From positions 17,149-81,148 of the forward strand of contig NIVC01002435.1 of assembly GCA_002269645.1 (NCBI GenBank): DNA of 64,000 nt, in the 5' to 3' direction. A program made the translations under genes and the position numbers. Under the pieces are notes generated by a model. It was not told the DNA's origin. It ran no database searches and saw nothing but the letters and a program-made list of their open reading frames with translations. Shown here piece after piece: positions 24,529-34,900 of this stretch (position 1 is the stretch's first letter; every line of letters begins with the position of its first letter). This stretch comes from Macrostomum lignano. Lineage: Eukaryota.

Positions 24529-27500
24529 ATGGCTGAGCCGGCAGCTCCCGAAGATCCGCAGCAGCAGCTGCAGGCCCAGTCTGAGCAGCAGCAGCCGGTG
24601 CAGTTGTCGCTGCCGAAGCCCAGCGGCCGCTACCTTCGAGTCCGAATCGCTGACCAATAGCGCTCGCCTGACGACCGAGTCGCCTACGTGGTGGAGACGC
24701 GCGTGCTCGACCAGGAGGCGACGCCGCAGGAGCTGCGCGACCTGCTGGGCAGCCACGCCCTGCAGACGTGCCGCTACTACTCGGACTTCGATCTGCTGCG
24801 CGGCTTCCTGGAGCTGAAATATCCCGACTGCCTGATCCCGCCGCTGCCGGACAAGCTTTCCTCCTACGCGCCCTGGAAGATTGCGGGACAGAAGTTTGAC
24901 CAGGTCTGCTGACTCTGCTGGTTTGCATTCTTGTCCCTAATCCACCTTTCAGAATCTCTGATAATCCGCCTTTCAGAATCTCCGATAATCCACCTTTGAG
25001 AATCTCCGATAATCCACCTTTGAGAATCTCTGATAATCCACCTTTGAGAATCTCTGATAATCCACCTTTGACATTATTCGCCAGGCTCAAACAGCGCAGT
25101 CCATTCAAGCCAACCCCATCTTCCGTCCCGCAGGACTTCCTCGACAACCGCCGCTTCGGCCTGGAGCTGTTCATCAACCGGGTGCTGTGCCATCGCCGCC
25201 TGAGCTTGTGCCAGCAGGTGGTGTCCTTCCTTCGTCACGACTCTGAATGGCGCCTGCGCGTCTTCACGCCGGCCATTGGCCAGCAGCTGGACGCCGCAAT
25301 TTCCGCGCGAAGCGCCGCATTTCGCTTGCGCTCGCCGCTGCCCGCCGTAGCGACGATGCGGACCAACGCGGCCGCGGTTCGGGCGGCTGTTCAGGTGAAC
25401 CTGTGGGACATCTGGGGGCTTATCAGTGAGCTGACTGGCTTATCAGTGAGCTGACTGGCTTATCAGTGAGCTGACTGGCTTATCAGTGAGCTGACTGGCT
25501 TATCAGTGAGCTGACTGGCTTATCAGTGAGCTGACTGGCTTATCAGTGAGCTGACTGGCTTATCAGTGAGCTGACTGGCTTATCAGAGAGCTGACTGGCT
25601 TATCAGTGAGCTGACTGGCTTATCAGTGAGCTGACTGGCTTATCAGTGAGCTGACTGGCTTATCAGTGAGCTGACTGGCTTATCAGTGAGCTGACTGGCT
25701 TATCAGTGAGCTGACTGGCTTATCAGTGAGCTGACTGGCTTATCAGAGAGCTGACTGGCTTATCAGTGAGCTGACTGGCTTATCAGTGAGCTGACTGGCT
25801 TATCAGTGAGCTGACTGGCTTATCAGTGAGCTGACTGGCTTATCAGTGAGCTGACTGGCTTATCAGAGAGCTGACTGGCTTATCAGTGAGCTGACTGGCT
25901 TATCAGAGAGCTGACTGGCTTATCAGTGAGCTGACTGGCTTATCAGAGAGCTGACTGGCTTATCAGTGAGCTGACTGGCTTATCAGTGGAGGATCAGGAT
26001 CAATCAAGCAGGCTTAGCTCAGAGCCAAAGTCCCCATCCCGCATGCCCTCAGGCGGTGGCCAAGGCCTACGAGCAGCTGGTGGCCCGGCACTACCGCATT
26101 CACCGGCTCCATTCAACCCTCGGCGGCATCCTCAGCGACTGGTGCGGCCTGGAGGAGGACCCGGCATTTGCTGACGCCCTGCAGACGGCCGGCCACTACA
26201 TGGACGTCTATGCTAGCGGAGCCGATTCCGCGGTTGGCGAAGACGACGAGCTGCTGAATCGGCTGCGCGAGGCCGCCGGCTTCTGCGACTCCGTGGCTGG
26301 CCTCTGCCGGCGCCTGGAGCTCAAGGTGAGCCGCTGCTGGTCTTCTTATTAGCTTTTATGTGGTTGAACTGGCATGGGGATTCCGCCTGAAAAATTGCCC
26401 AAGAATCGCCACTCCAAAACCAGATGAGAATTCTCCTGTCCCACCAGATGAGAATTCTCCTGTCCCACCAGATGAGAATTCCCTTGCCCACCCAGGTCAG
26501 AATTCCCCTGCCTACCCAGATAGGAATGTCCCCTGCTAACTCAGGTGAGAATTTCCCTGCCCATCCTGGTGAGAATTTCCCTGCCCATCCTGGTGAGAAT
26601 TTCCCTGCCCATCCTGGTGATAATTCCCCTGCCCATCCTGGTGAGAATTTCCCTGCCCATCCTGGTGAGAATTTCCCTGCCCATCCTGGTGATAATTCCC
26701 CTGCCCATCCTGGTGAGAATTTCCCTGCCCATCCTGGTGAGAATTTCCCTGCCCATCCTGGTGAGAATTTCCCTGCCCATCCTGGTGAGAATTTCCCTGC
26801 CCAGCCTGGTAAGAATTCCCCTGCCCACCCAGGTGAGAATTCCCCTGCCCACCCAGGTGAGAATTCCCCTGCCCACCCAGGTGAGAATTCCCCTGCCCAC
26901 CCAGGTGAGAATTCTCCTGCCCACCCAGGTGAGAATTCCCCTGCCCACCCAGGTGAGAATTCCCCTGCCCACCCAGGTGAGAATTCCCCTGCCCACCCAG
27001 GTGAGAATTCTCCTGCCCACCCAGGTGAGAATTCCCCTGCCCACCCAGGTGAGAATTCCCCTGCCAACTCAGGTGAGAATTCCCCTGCCAACTCAAGTGA
27101 GAATTCCCCTGCCAACTCAGGTGAGAATTCTCCTGCCAACTCAGGTGAGAATTCCCCTGCCCATCCTGGTGAGAATTTCCCTGCCCACCCTGGTAAGAAT
27201 TCCCCTGCCCACCCAGGTGAGAATTCCCCTGCCCACCCAGGTGAGAATTCCCCTGCCAACTCAGGTGAGAATTCTCCTGCCAACTCAGGTGAGAATTCCC
27301 CTGCCAACTCAGGTGAGAATTCCCCTGCCAACTCAGGTGAGAATTCCCCTGCCCATCCTGGTGAGAATTTCCCTGCCCACCCTGGTAAGAATTCCCCTGC
27401 CCACCCAGGTGAGAATCGTCTTCCCCAACTTATAGCACGATGTAAGTGAACAGTGACTTTTACAATTTAATCTATTTTTAGCGCGGGGCTACACGGGTTG

Positions 27501-28491
27501 TAGCCTAGTGGTTAGAGCGCCGGAGTCACGACTTGAAGGTCGAGAGTTCGTTTCCTCACCCACTTGTCATGCCGCAGCCTTGTACTCACTTGTTGTTGTT
27601 AAATGGGGTGCCTAGCAGTGCGGGGTGCTCGCTCACTGTACTCACTTATTGTACTCTGCACCCCCCGGCTTACCCCTCCCCTGTTATGCCTTTTATGGCA
27701 ACGTGGCCGCATATGATTGGTTGAGGCCTGAAGGCCCAAATAGATATAGGCGCTCTCGCCCTACTTGGAGGGCCAAGCGTTTTCGCACTGCCAAAATCGA
27801 TACTGACTCCTGAGTCATTATACCACTTGGAACAATTTGAGTCCTTAAGCAAGACACTTGTAACTCTGCATGGCTTCAGTTCACCCAGCTGTAAAATGGG
27901 TGCCAGCATTAGCTGGGGTAATTGAGGGTGTGTGTGGCGACCCCCCAGTCCTTGACTGAACAGCCGTACGCAGCCTTCAGATGCGCCGCGCAATAGCTGC
28001 GGCTGAGCTGTCGGTTGCACAACTGTCCATTTGGGCAGGTGTGATCAATGATTATTATCGTGCTATCAACAGTAGTCTGTATCGCAGGCATATTCTGCAT
28101 TTGTTTATCGCAGGTTCTCAAAGCCGAGCAGCTGGAAGACGCCATCGCGGCCAAGCGGGACGAGAAGCGCCGGGTGGAGACGGACAGCTACGGCTTGTCA
28201 CTGCGCGGCCTCCGCACGCGCCTGTTTGGCGCCCAGGACGCGGAGCAGAAGCGAGCGGCCCTGTATCAGCTGGAGACGGACATCTCCCAGCTGGAGGCCG
28301 GCCTGGCCACCGCCCGCCGGAGCCTGGACGCCGGCAGCGCCTCCGTGGACTCGGAGATGGCCGACTTTCAGGCGCAGCGCCGCGTTGACCTCGGCCGCCT
28401 GGTGGCGCTGCTGTGCGAAATGCGCGCCGAGAAGCTGCACCGCGCCTGCCGCATCTGGGCGCACAGCCGGGACACGTTTGCCCGCGTGTGA
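24529..28491 (+). CDS. SNX4: Sorting nexin 4 (PX-BAR), about 428 codons with an in-frame TAG at 24658-24660. Exons 24529-24903, 25134-25394, 26053-26325, 28114-28491
   Basis: PX motifs AYVVETR, RYYSDFDLLR, LIPPLPDK and RRFGLELFINRV; BAR motifs ALQTAGHYMDVYAS, SLRGLRTRLFG and IWAHSRDTFARV*, which match remembered SNX4 (GLQSAGHHMDVYAS, SLKGMTTKLFG, VWTNAKECFSKM*). Functional status is uncertain because of the TAG. Confidence 0.88.
24937..25070. repeat. 24-bp minisatellite, 5-6 copies, SNX4 intron 1
   Basis: Unit taatccacctttgagaatctctga. Confidence 0.9.
25420..25988. repeat. 20-bp minisatellite, about 28 copies, SNX4 intron 2
   Basis: Unit tatcagtgagctgactggct (variant tatcagagag). Confidence 0.95.
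26420..27420. repeat. 24-bp minisatellite, about 41 copies, SNX4 intron 3
   Basis: Unit ggtgagaattcccctgcccaccca, with variants arranged in blocks. Confidence 0.95.
27495..28060 (+). mobile_element. tRNA-derived, CORE-type SINE-like element in SNX4 intron 3 (3' end uncertain)
   Basis: A box TAGCCTAGTGG (27501-27511); B-box-like agttcgtttcc (27545-27555); CORE-like block ccttaagcaagacactt...ttcagttcacccagctgtaaaatggg (about 27844-27900), resembling the MIR CORE ccttgggcaagtcactt...ctgtaaaatggg. Confidence 0.55.
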
Positions 28492-28877
28492 GAGGGCTGG
28501 GGCTGCTAAGCCTGCTTTAAAGTCTGTGGGATCATCACGACTTTACTAAAATAAGTTTTATGACTTGAAGGGTCCTGTTCGGTCGTGAACTGTTGCAAAA
28601 TTCTCACCTGTATATTTAGCGCGAGGCACGTGATTGGCCTTTGCTTGCAGACCAGATGCTTTAATTGTATAATATTGCAGTGCGATCTTGTTATCTACCA
28701 ATGTCAAGTTCTGCGCGTGGTTTTGCGCTACAGGCTTTCTGTAATTCAATTTCTGAATGCGTTATGATAATGATTTAAACTTCTCTAAATCAATGTCAGC
28801 ATTGTGTACGAATTTCTCGAATAACCTCATCATTGCATTGTAAATTTATCTGTGTATAATGATCACGTTGTTCAGGT

Positions 28878-29312
28878 CCGCAGTTGCTGGGCCAGCCACC
28901 CAGATCCTCAGTTGCAGGGGCCAGCCTCCCAGATCCTCGTTGCTAAGCCAGCCTCCCAGATCCTCAGTTGCTATGCTAGCCTCCCAGATCCTCAGTTGCT
29001 GGGCCAGCCTCCCAGATCCTCAGTTGCTATGCCAGCCTCTCAGATCCGCAGTTGCTATGCTAGCCTCCCAGATCCTCGGTTACTTTGCCAGCCTCCCAGA
29101 GTGTCAGTTGCTAAGCCAGCCTCCCAGATCCTCAGTTGCAGGGGCCAGCCTCCCAGATCCTCGGTTACTTTGCCAGCCTTCCAGAGTGTCAGTTGCTAAG
29201 CCAGCCTCCCAGATCCTCAGTTGCAGGGGCCAGCCTCCCAGATCCTCGGTTACTTTGCCAGCCTCCCAGAGTGTCAGTTGCTAAGCCAGCCTCCCAGATC
29301 CTCAGTTGCTAG
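28878..29312. repeat. Degenerate minisatellite of about 27-28 bp, downstream of SNX4
   Basis: Recurring agcctcccagatcctcagttgc core with higher-order blocks. Confidence 0.9.
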
Positions 29313-29968
29313 GGGCCGTCTGCAGTGCCGGATTGCAGTCGTATTAGTTAAGTCTTCGCTTTCTTGAGTTTGTATAAATTTATGCGGCAATTTAAATTCG
29401 TACAGATAAATTTATTTTCCGAATTCGACTGCTTCTAATTCGATTCGAAATACACAGACAGATATGATTGCTGGTTTCTCAGTTCAGAAGTCTGCTCTGG
29501 TTCACGGCATTTATCTTTGGGAATTAAAACTTAAGTGCAGGGGATTTTTTCCGATGAGAAAATGCTTACCTTGGATTCTGGCAGTACAGTGGCAGCCGTG
29601 CGCCTATTGGATGCGATTTATTGTTGCCATGGGAACCTGCCCGGGTAGAAGATGCGCTGATTTTTAACTATGAAAATAGAGTCGTTGAGCACTGTTGTCC
29701 TGCTCAACTTTTTGATAGCTGTTCCAACCACGTAAGGACCGCCATTATGCCGAGGCTAGCAAGTGAGTTACTAATAGGTTTAGTTTTTGTAATTCTAAAC
29801 ATGTAGTATAGGTTGTTAAATTTAACTGTACTTAAAAGTCGTGCAACTTACGCACTTTGCTCATGTAAAAAAGAAACTGTTAAGCAAAACTCTAATCTAA
29901 AGAACTAATTGTGTTTATTTTGACTCCACCCTCCGGTGAGAAAGCGTTATGTGTAAGATCTGTTTAAG

Positions 29969-29969
<1 letters not shown>

Positions 29970-30021
<52 letters not shown>
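29970..30021. repeat. (TG)n microsatellite
   Basis: Pure tg run upstream of the PAN/LamG ORF. Confidence 0.97.
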
Positions 30022-30022
<1 letters not shown>

Positions 30023-30097
30023 CACTAAGATGTTGTGTAAGACAGCGTGTAAGGTAGTGTGTAAGACGGATATGGTGTGTGTAAGACAGTTTGTAAG

Positions 30098-31150
30098 ATG
30101 ACACTAAGATGGTGTGCTCGATTGCCGCCGCAATTCTCAGGATGGTTTCTGCTCGTCTTTCTTCTACTGAACTGCTGGTGGTCTGCCAGCTACGGCTGCC
30201 GCTCTCCGTGGCACCGCCTGGAGACGCAAAGCTGCCTGAGCGGCTCGCTGGCGCTGTGGACGAGACCGTCGGGCTCAGTCCTCGACTGCGTGCTCGAAGC
30301 CGAGCGCTCGAGCGGCCTGCAGGTGGCCCAGTTCGACTCGGACACTCGCCAGTGCTCGCTCTTCCAATACACCGCAGTGTGCCACCTTATCGATGGACTC
30401 GCTGCTGCAGAGAGCTCGCAGCCCCGCCGCTGTGCCGCATTCGCCAATGCCAGAGCCGCCAAGTTCCTCACCTTGAGCAGGAAGCTCATGCTGGGTGTGG
30501 GCTCGAAGCTGAGGGCCGCCTGGGTGATGAGCGACGATGCGGACGCCAGCAGGAGCAACTTGGTGTGCGGCCAGACGCAGCAGTGGATGTCGGAGAATGT
30601 GGAGTGGAGCAGCGAGGGAGCCAAGCTCGACGGAGCGTCGTCCAAGATGTGGCTGGAGAACGTGGAGTTCGCGAGCGTGCAGCAGTGTCTCACGTGGCTG
30701 CTCAGGCTCAAGCGGACTGTCCGAGTGGAGGCAACGCTGCTCGAATCCTACAACTGCGACTCCCCGGGGGATCGGGGCGCGGCGTTTTGGGACGGCTGGA
30801 CAGGCGGATGGGGCCTGTACTTCTTCAGGGTCGCTTCATCTTACTTTGAGTAGTTCACACCTTCTGCCACGAACTCGTTTGACCCAAATGAATTCGTTGA
30901 GGTCGGCGTCACTTCGGCGTCTCCGTCAAGCCGCGACTTCTTGTCCAACTCCGGGTTTGTGCCGCGGTCTGCTGTGAACACCGGTACTCAGCGTACCGCT
31001 GCCGTGTCGACATACCGCTGCATCCGCTTGGGATTTCGACCTGGCGACTCGCGAATGCTGAACGGCACGGTGCAGGCGGTGGCCGTCATGAACGACACGA
31101 TGACGGAGGCTGAGATTAACAGCTTCTTCAGTCTGGTGCGCTTGCCCTGA
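30098..31150 (+). CDS. Putative secreted PAN/apple-like plus LamG/concanavalin-A-like protein, single exon, with an in-frame TAG at 30851-30853
   Basis: Hydrophobic leader WFLLVFLLLNCWW; PAN-like SVLDC..FDSDTRQCSL; LamG-like LDGASSKMW..TWLLR and EVGVT..IRLG..LNGTVQAVAVMNDTMTEAEI. The ORFs 30077-30853 and 30941-31150 are in the same frame, separated only by one TAG. Confidence 0.6.
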
Positions 31151-31776
31151 TATGCTGCTGCTGAGTTTTCAGTTTTCTGACACTTGAGTTGACCATTTTT
31201 CGCCTTTTGGATTTCTAATTGGGCTCTGTCCGAGATTGACTCCCACAAACTTCTTAAGCTAATGTTATAGATTCTGCCGGAACCGTTAAGCAGGCAGTCG
31301 TCTCTTGTGTTATTTTTTAAGCGGATTTTCTCGGATGCGCAAAGTTTTTCAATGGCAATACCCAATTCCGTTTAAATCCGTTTAAAGAACATAACTGTAT
31401 ATTTGCGATCTTGGCCCCATTATTAGCATTTCCCAAGCCAATTGTCTATGGCCCGAAATGGGTCTGTGGAGCAACCAGTTTGAGAATCTGGGTGCGCAAT
31501 CCATCATCCAAAATATATCCTTCTTGTATTCGCTAAGACCGCGTCATCTTATCCTCGTCACCGGTGTTGGCTTTCTGGTTTTCTGTTTTTTTGCCTCCGC
31601 CGTTCGCGATGGGCTTGACTCTCTCGACAGCTTTTTATTCTCGTATTTCATACCATAGTAATGGCGTTTGTTCTGTCTATGGACAAATCTTGCTATGAAA
31701 CTATTACAAAACTGAATATAAAAATAAACAGCAAGCCTTCGATAGCCTGGCCAAGGAGCTCTATAATTAGCAACAT

Positions 31777-31917
31777 GGAGTGGAAACGAGTTTTTCAGTT
31801 TTATCTCATGAGGCCAGACTAGCATAGACAGAGTCAGACAGAGCCATAGACATTCAGTGCTGGCTCCTTATCTTTAAAATAGGCGTGGCCTCATGAGGTA
31901 AAACTTGCTTCCACTCC
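31777..31917. repeat. Small inverted-repeat (MITE-like) element
   Basis: ggagtggaaacgagtttt..tctcatgaggcc versus ggcctcatgaggtaaaacttgcttccactcc. Confidence 0.5.
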
Positions 31918-34900
31918 AGATCCAGATTGCTATGGTTATTGTCCATCTTACATGTAAGTGCCTACGGTAGATAGATGTCTTTTAACTTTGGCAATTGTGG
32001 CCGGTCACAGAGAGGGACAGTAGTGTCTGGCAGTGGCACCCCGTGCTTGCGTTATACACCATTTTACCCTCGATTTTGAACAAGGAGAACTTCGAAACCG
32101 ACAAACTCCTCTTCAATATTGACACAATGGTCGGGCACTCAAAATCTACAATCAATATTGACAGATCAAGCTTCAATTTTGACAAACTCTAATTCAATTT
32201 TGACAATACACGTTTAGTCAACTTCTCCTGGGAGAATTCTGTAACAAAGTAATCCAATGAAAGCCTGAACGGGGCTGAAGTGAGCTGTGCAAAATCAGCT
32301 CATTCTGACTTTGTTTTTGGGGTCAACAAGTTATTAATAAAAAAAAAATTTCCATCCTTTTACACGCACAGACTAAAATAGCCTGACTGGTTGGGCCGCA
32401 AAGTCCGATTCTATTTTGACAGAGTTGCTTCAAAACTGACACTCCATGGTTTGTGTACCCCAAAAAGTCTGAACTGAGTTTACAATCAATTTTGCCTAAG
32501 ATTTAGACAATTCTAACTAAGAATCGTTAAGCTTGGAAATTTCGAGGCGGTCTTTTGTCTATGGCAGTTTGTTTTTTATCCATGTCTTAAGGCAGCCTGC
32601 GCCTCGAATCTAATTGGCTACTGCTTCAGTTTACCATCGATGGTTGGTCAGACCAACGTATGCACATCTTGTCACGGAGGAATTCAAAAGAGCAGAAAAG
32701 AAGTTCTCGCTCTGCTCGTGTTTGTCACTTTTAATCGCTAATCTGAAGCACTAATTTAGCCAGGCTGATTGATAGCGATGCCACTGAAGCTTTTTTGAAG
32801 AGGAGCAGAAACAGCCTGGCCGCCGCAAAAATCGGTCTGTGTCCTTCCAGGACCGACAGCGCCTGATTTCTGCTCATGAGAACCGAGACGACTTTGTGCA
32901 TCTGGCGAATCAGTTGGGGATAAAGAGGAGGAGGACCACGGCACATGAAATCGTGCAGGCGGTGCCGCAACTCCCGCTGCCCATGTCCAGATACCTAACC
33001 TAACCTAGAAATCTGACAAATGCGTGTTATTTAAAAATACGAAGTATGTAAAGCCCTAAACAAACTGCTCAAATATGCGAGCTATCGCAGTTTCATTTCC
33101 CGCTCTCTCACTTCTGCTCGCAAGCTTTTGCAAATTCGCAAAAAAATTAACGTAGTTTTTTTTTCTTTCTACGGCTCAAAATTCAAATCAATAATGGGCA
33201 TTTTAATAACTCAGTCATTTATTCGCAAAAAATATAATATTTATATATATAAGACTAAACCGCTCTTCAGCTCATAAATCATGAACACTGGAGCAACTGA
33301 GCTCACAGGATAAGCCCACAGCAGCCCCGCCAGGATTCAGTTTGAGTTATTATACTTGTCAAAAAAGCACAAGTGGAAGTGGGGAGCAGTGCTGGCTACA
33401 GTTGCTGCCCAGCAGCTCTCCGTGGGCCAATTTTAATTGACTGGCTGCCAACCCTGAGGCCAGCAGCTGCGCGGAGCCGCGCCTGCTGCAGCCGCGGTGC
33501 CTGCAGGCTGACGGGGATTTATTGGAATTTATAAATTTATAAAAAGCTGTCGTTGAGAATCTTCCCCAAGTGCCCTGGTTAGGGCCAGGGTTGTTGGGGC
33601 CGGGGGCGTGTTGTGAAGCTGAGAGACTGCAGAGGATTGAGACTGGCTCGTAGAGGGCAGAATAGCATACATGTACTTTTGACACGTTTTGGCATAAGCA
33701 CGCTGTCATTGATTTGACTCAACTGCTCTGGCTTGGGGGCTTGGCTTGACTCAACTGCTCTGCAACTAGAATCTCAGTCTCAGTTGGTGTTTGAAGGTGG
33801 TGAAAATTCATGGACACATGGATCGGATCAATAATTTATGCCCACGACTGTTTATCGTAGAGACAGCGCTAGAAATGGGGCCGTCAGTTGCCGTTGCACG
33901 ATAAAAACTGTTTCGGCCGCACCGCTGTGCTGAGATTCTTCAACACTCATCGACGGTGGTTTAGAGGAGCAGCTGCGAGCCAAGTTGAAGCGAAGGCCGG
34001 CGAGAGCTGCTCATTTTCTCTTTTATCTCCCCCAAACCACCCAGTGGACTGTTAGCATGAAATCCCCATTTATCCCTTTTATCCCTCTATGGACCCCTGA
34101 CTGGAATATTTCGGTATATCAAGTCAGCTGTTCCGACCAGTTGTCGGTTCCACTCGGTCACGTCCGTGGCTGAACTTCAGGTTCCATCCCTGGTTCTTGA
34201 GTCGGTACGTCAATGCCAGAGAACAGAGAAGACACTCAAGAGACTTGCCCCCAAGTCTCCAATGCTTCCTTTCAGCTGACATCTTTTGACCCAATGTCGC
34301 TATTGAGTCATTGAAGCCTATTAAAAAATTGAATGAACAAGAAAATCTTTTCGATTAAAACCTACCTAAACAGTAGCAGTGGGCTGAATTCAGTTGGCCG
34401 GGTAGCAGACAGACTTTTTGTTTGTTCGGGAACCTAGCAGGATGAAGAATCTGTCTGCACGTCACCAATTCCATGGGGTAGTCTCTTCCATCGTCTTCCA
34501 CTGCAGCGAAGCCAGCAGGAATTCTGTTCCTCAATGCCTGCAGGCCGCGGAAGTTCAGGAGGAACCGCAAACCGTCAGGACGAAGGCCGCTCGGAGTGAA
34601 AATTTGATCCTCAGGTACAGATTTAACCCGATTCTGCCTCAACTTACGTTTATCTACGAGCTACTTACGAGCTACAGCATCTACTCGTACGAGCATTTTA
34701 ATGCTAATCGCAAATACAAACCAAAGGCTGGTAGTGAATGTACCGTTTCTTCTACAAGATATAGGAAAATAATGTGTAGCATTTTTAAGAACGCGTATCT
34801 CATTTTCGATTCTCATAAATTGCTTGACACGATGGCGTGTTGTATTTTTTTGACTCGATGAGAGAAGATAAAAAGAGCAAAAACGCAAGGCGGCAGAGCA

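Noticed and set aside
18452-27420. CRISPR-like arrays
   Set aside because: The units are head-to-tail with no unique spacers, there are no cas genes, and the context is eukaryotic.
27495-27565. tRNA gene
   Set aside because: A and B boxes are present, but the T-arm/B box is degenerate and a CORE-like block follows; better explained as a SINE head.
21114-29284. Long repetitive ORFs (383-415 aa at 21.1-22.4 kb, 516 aa at 23.6-25.2 kb, 336-341 aa at 26.3-27.4 kb, and others)
   Set aside because: Stop-free readings of minisatellites in introns or spacers bounded by canonical splice sites of INTS9 and SNX4.
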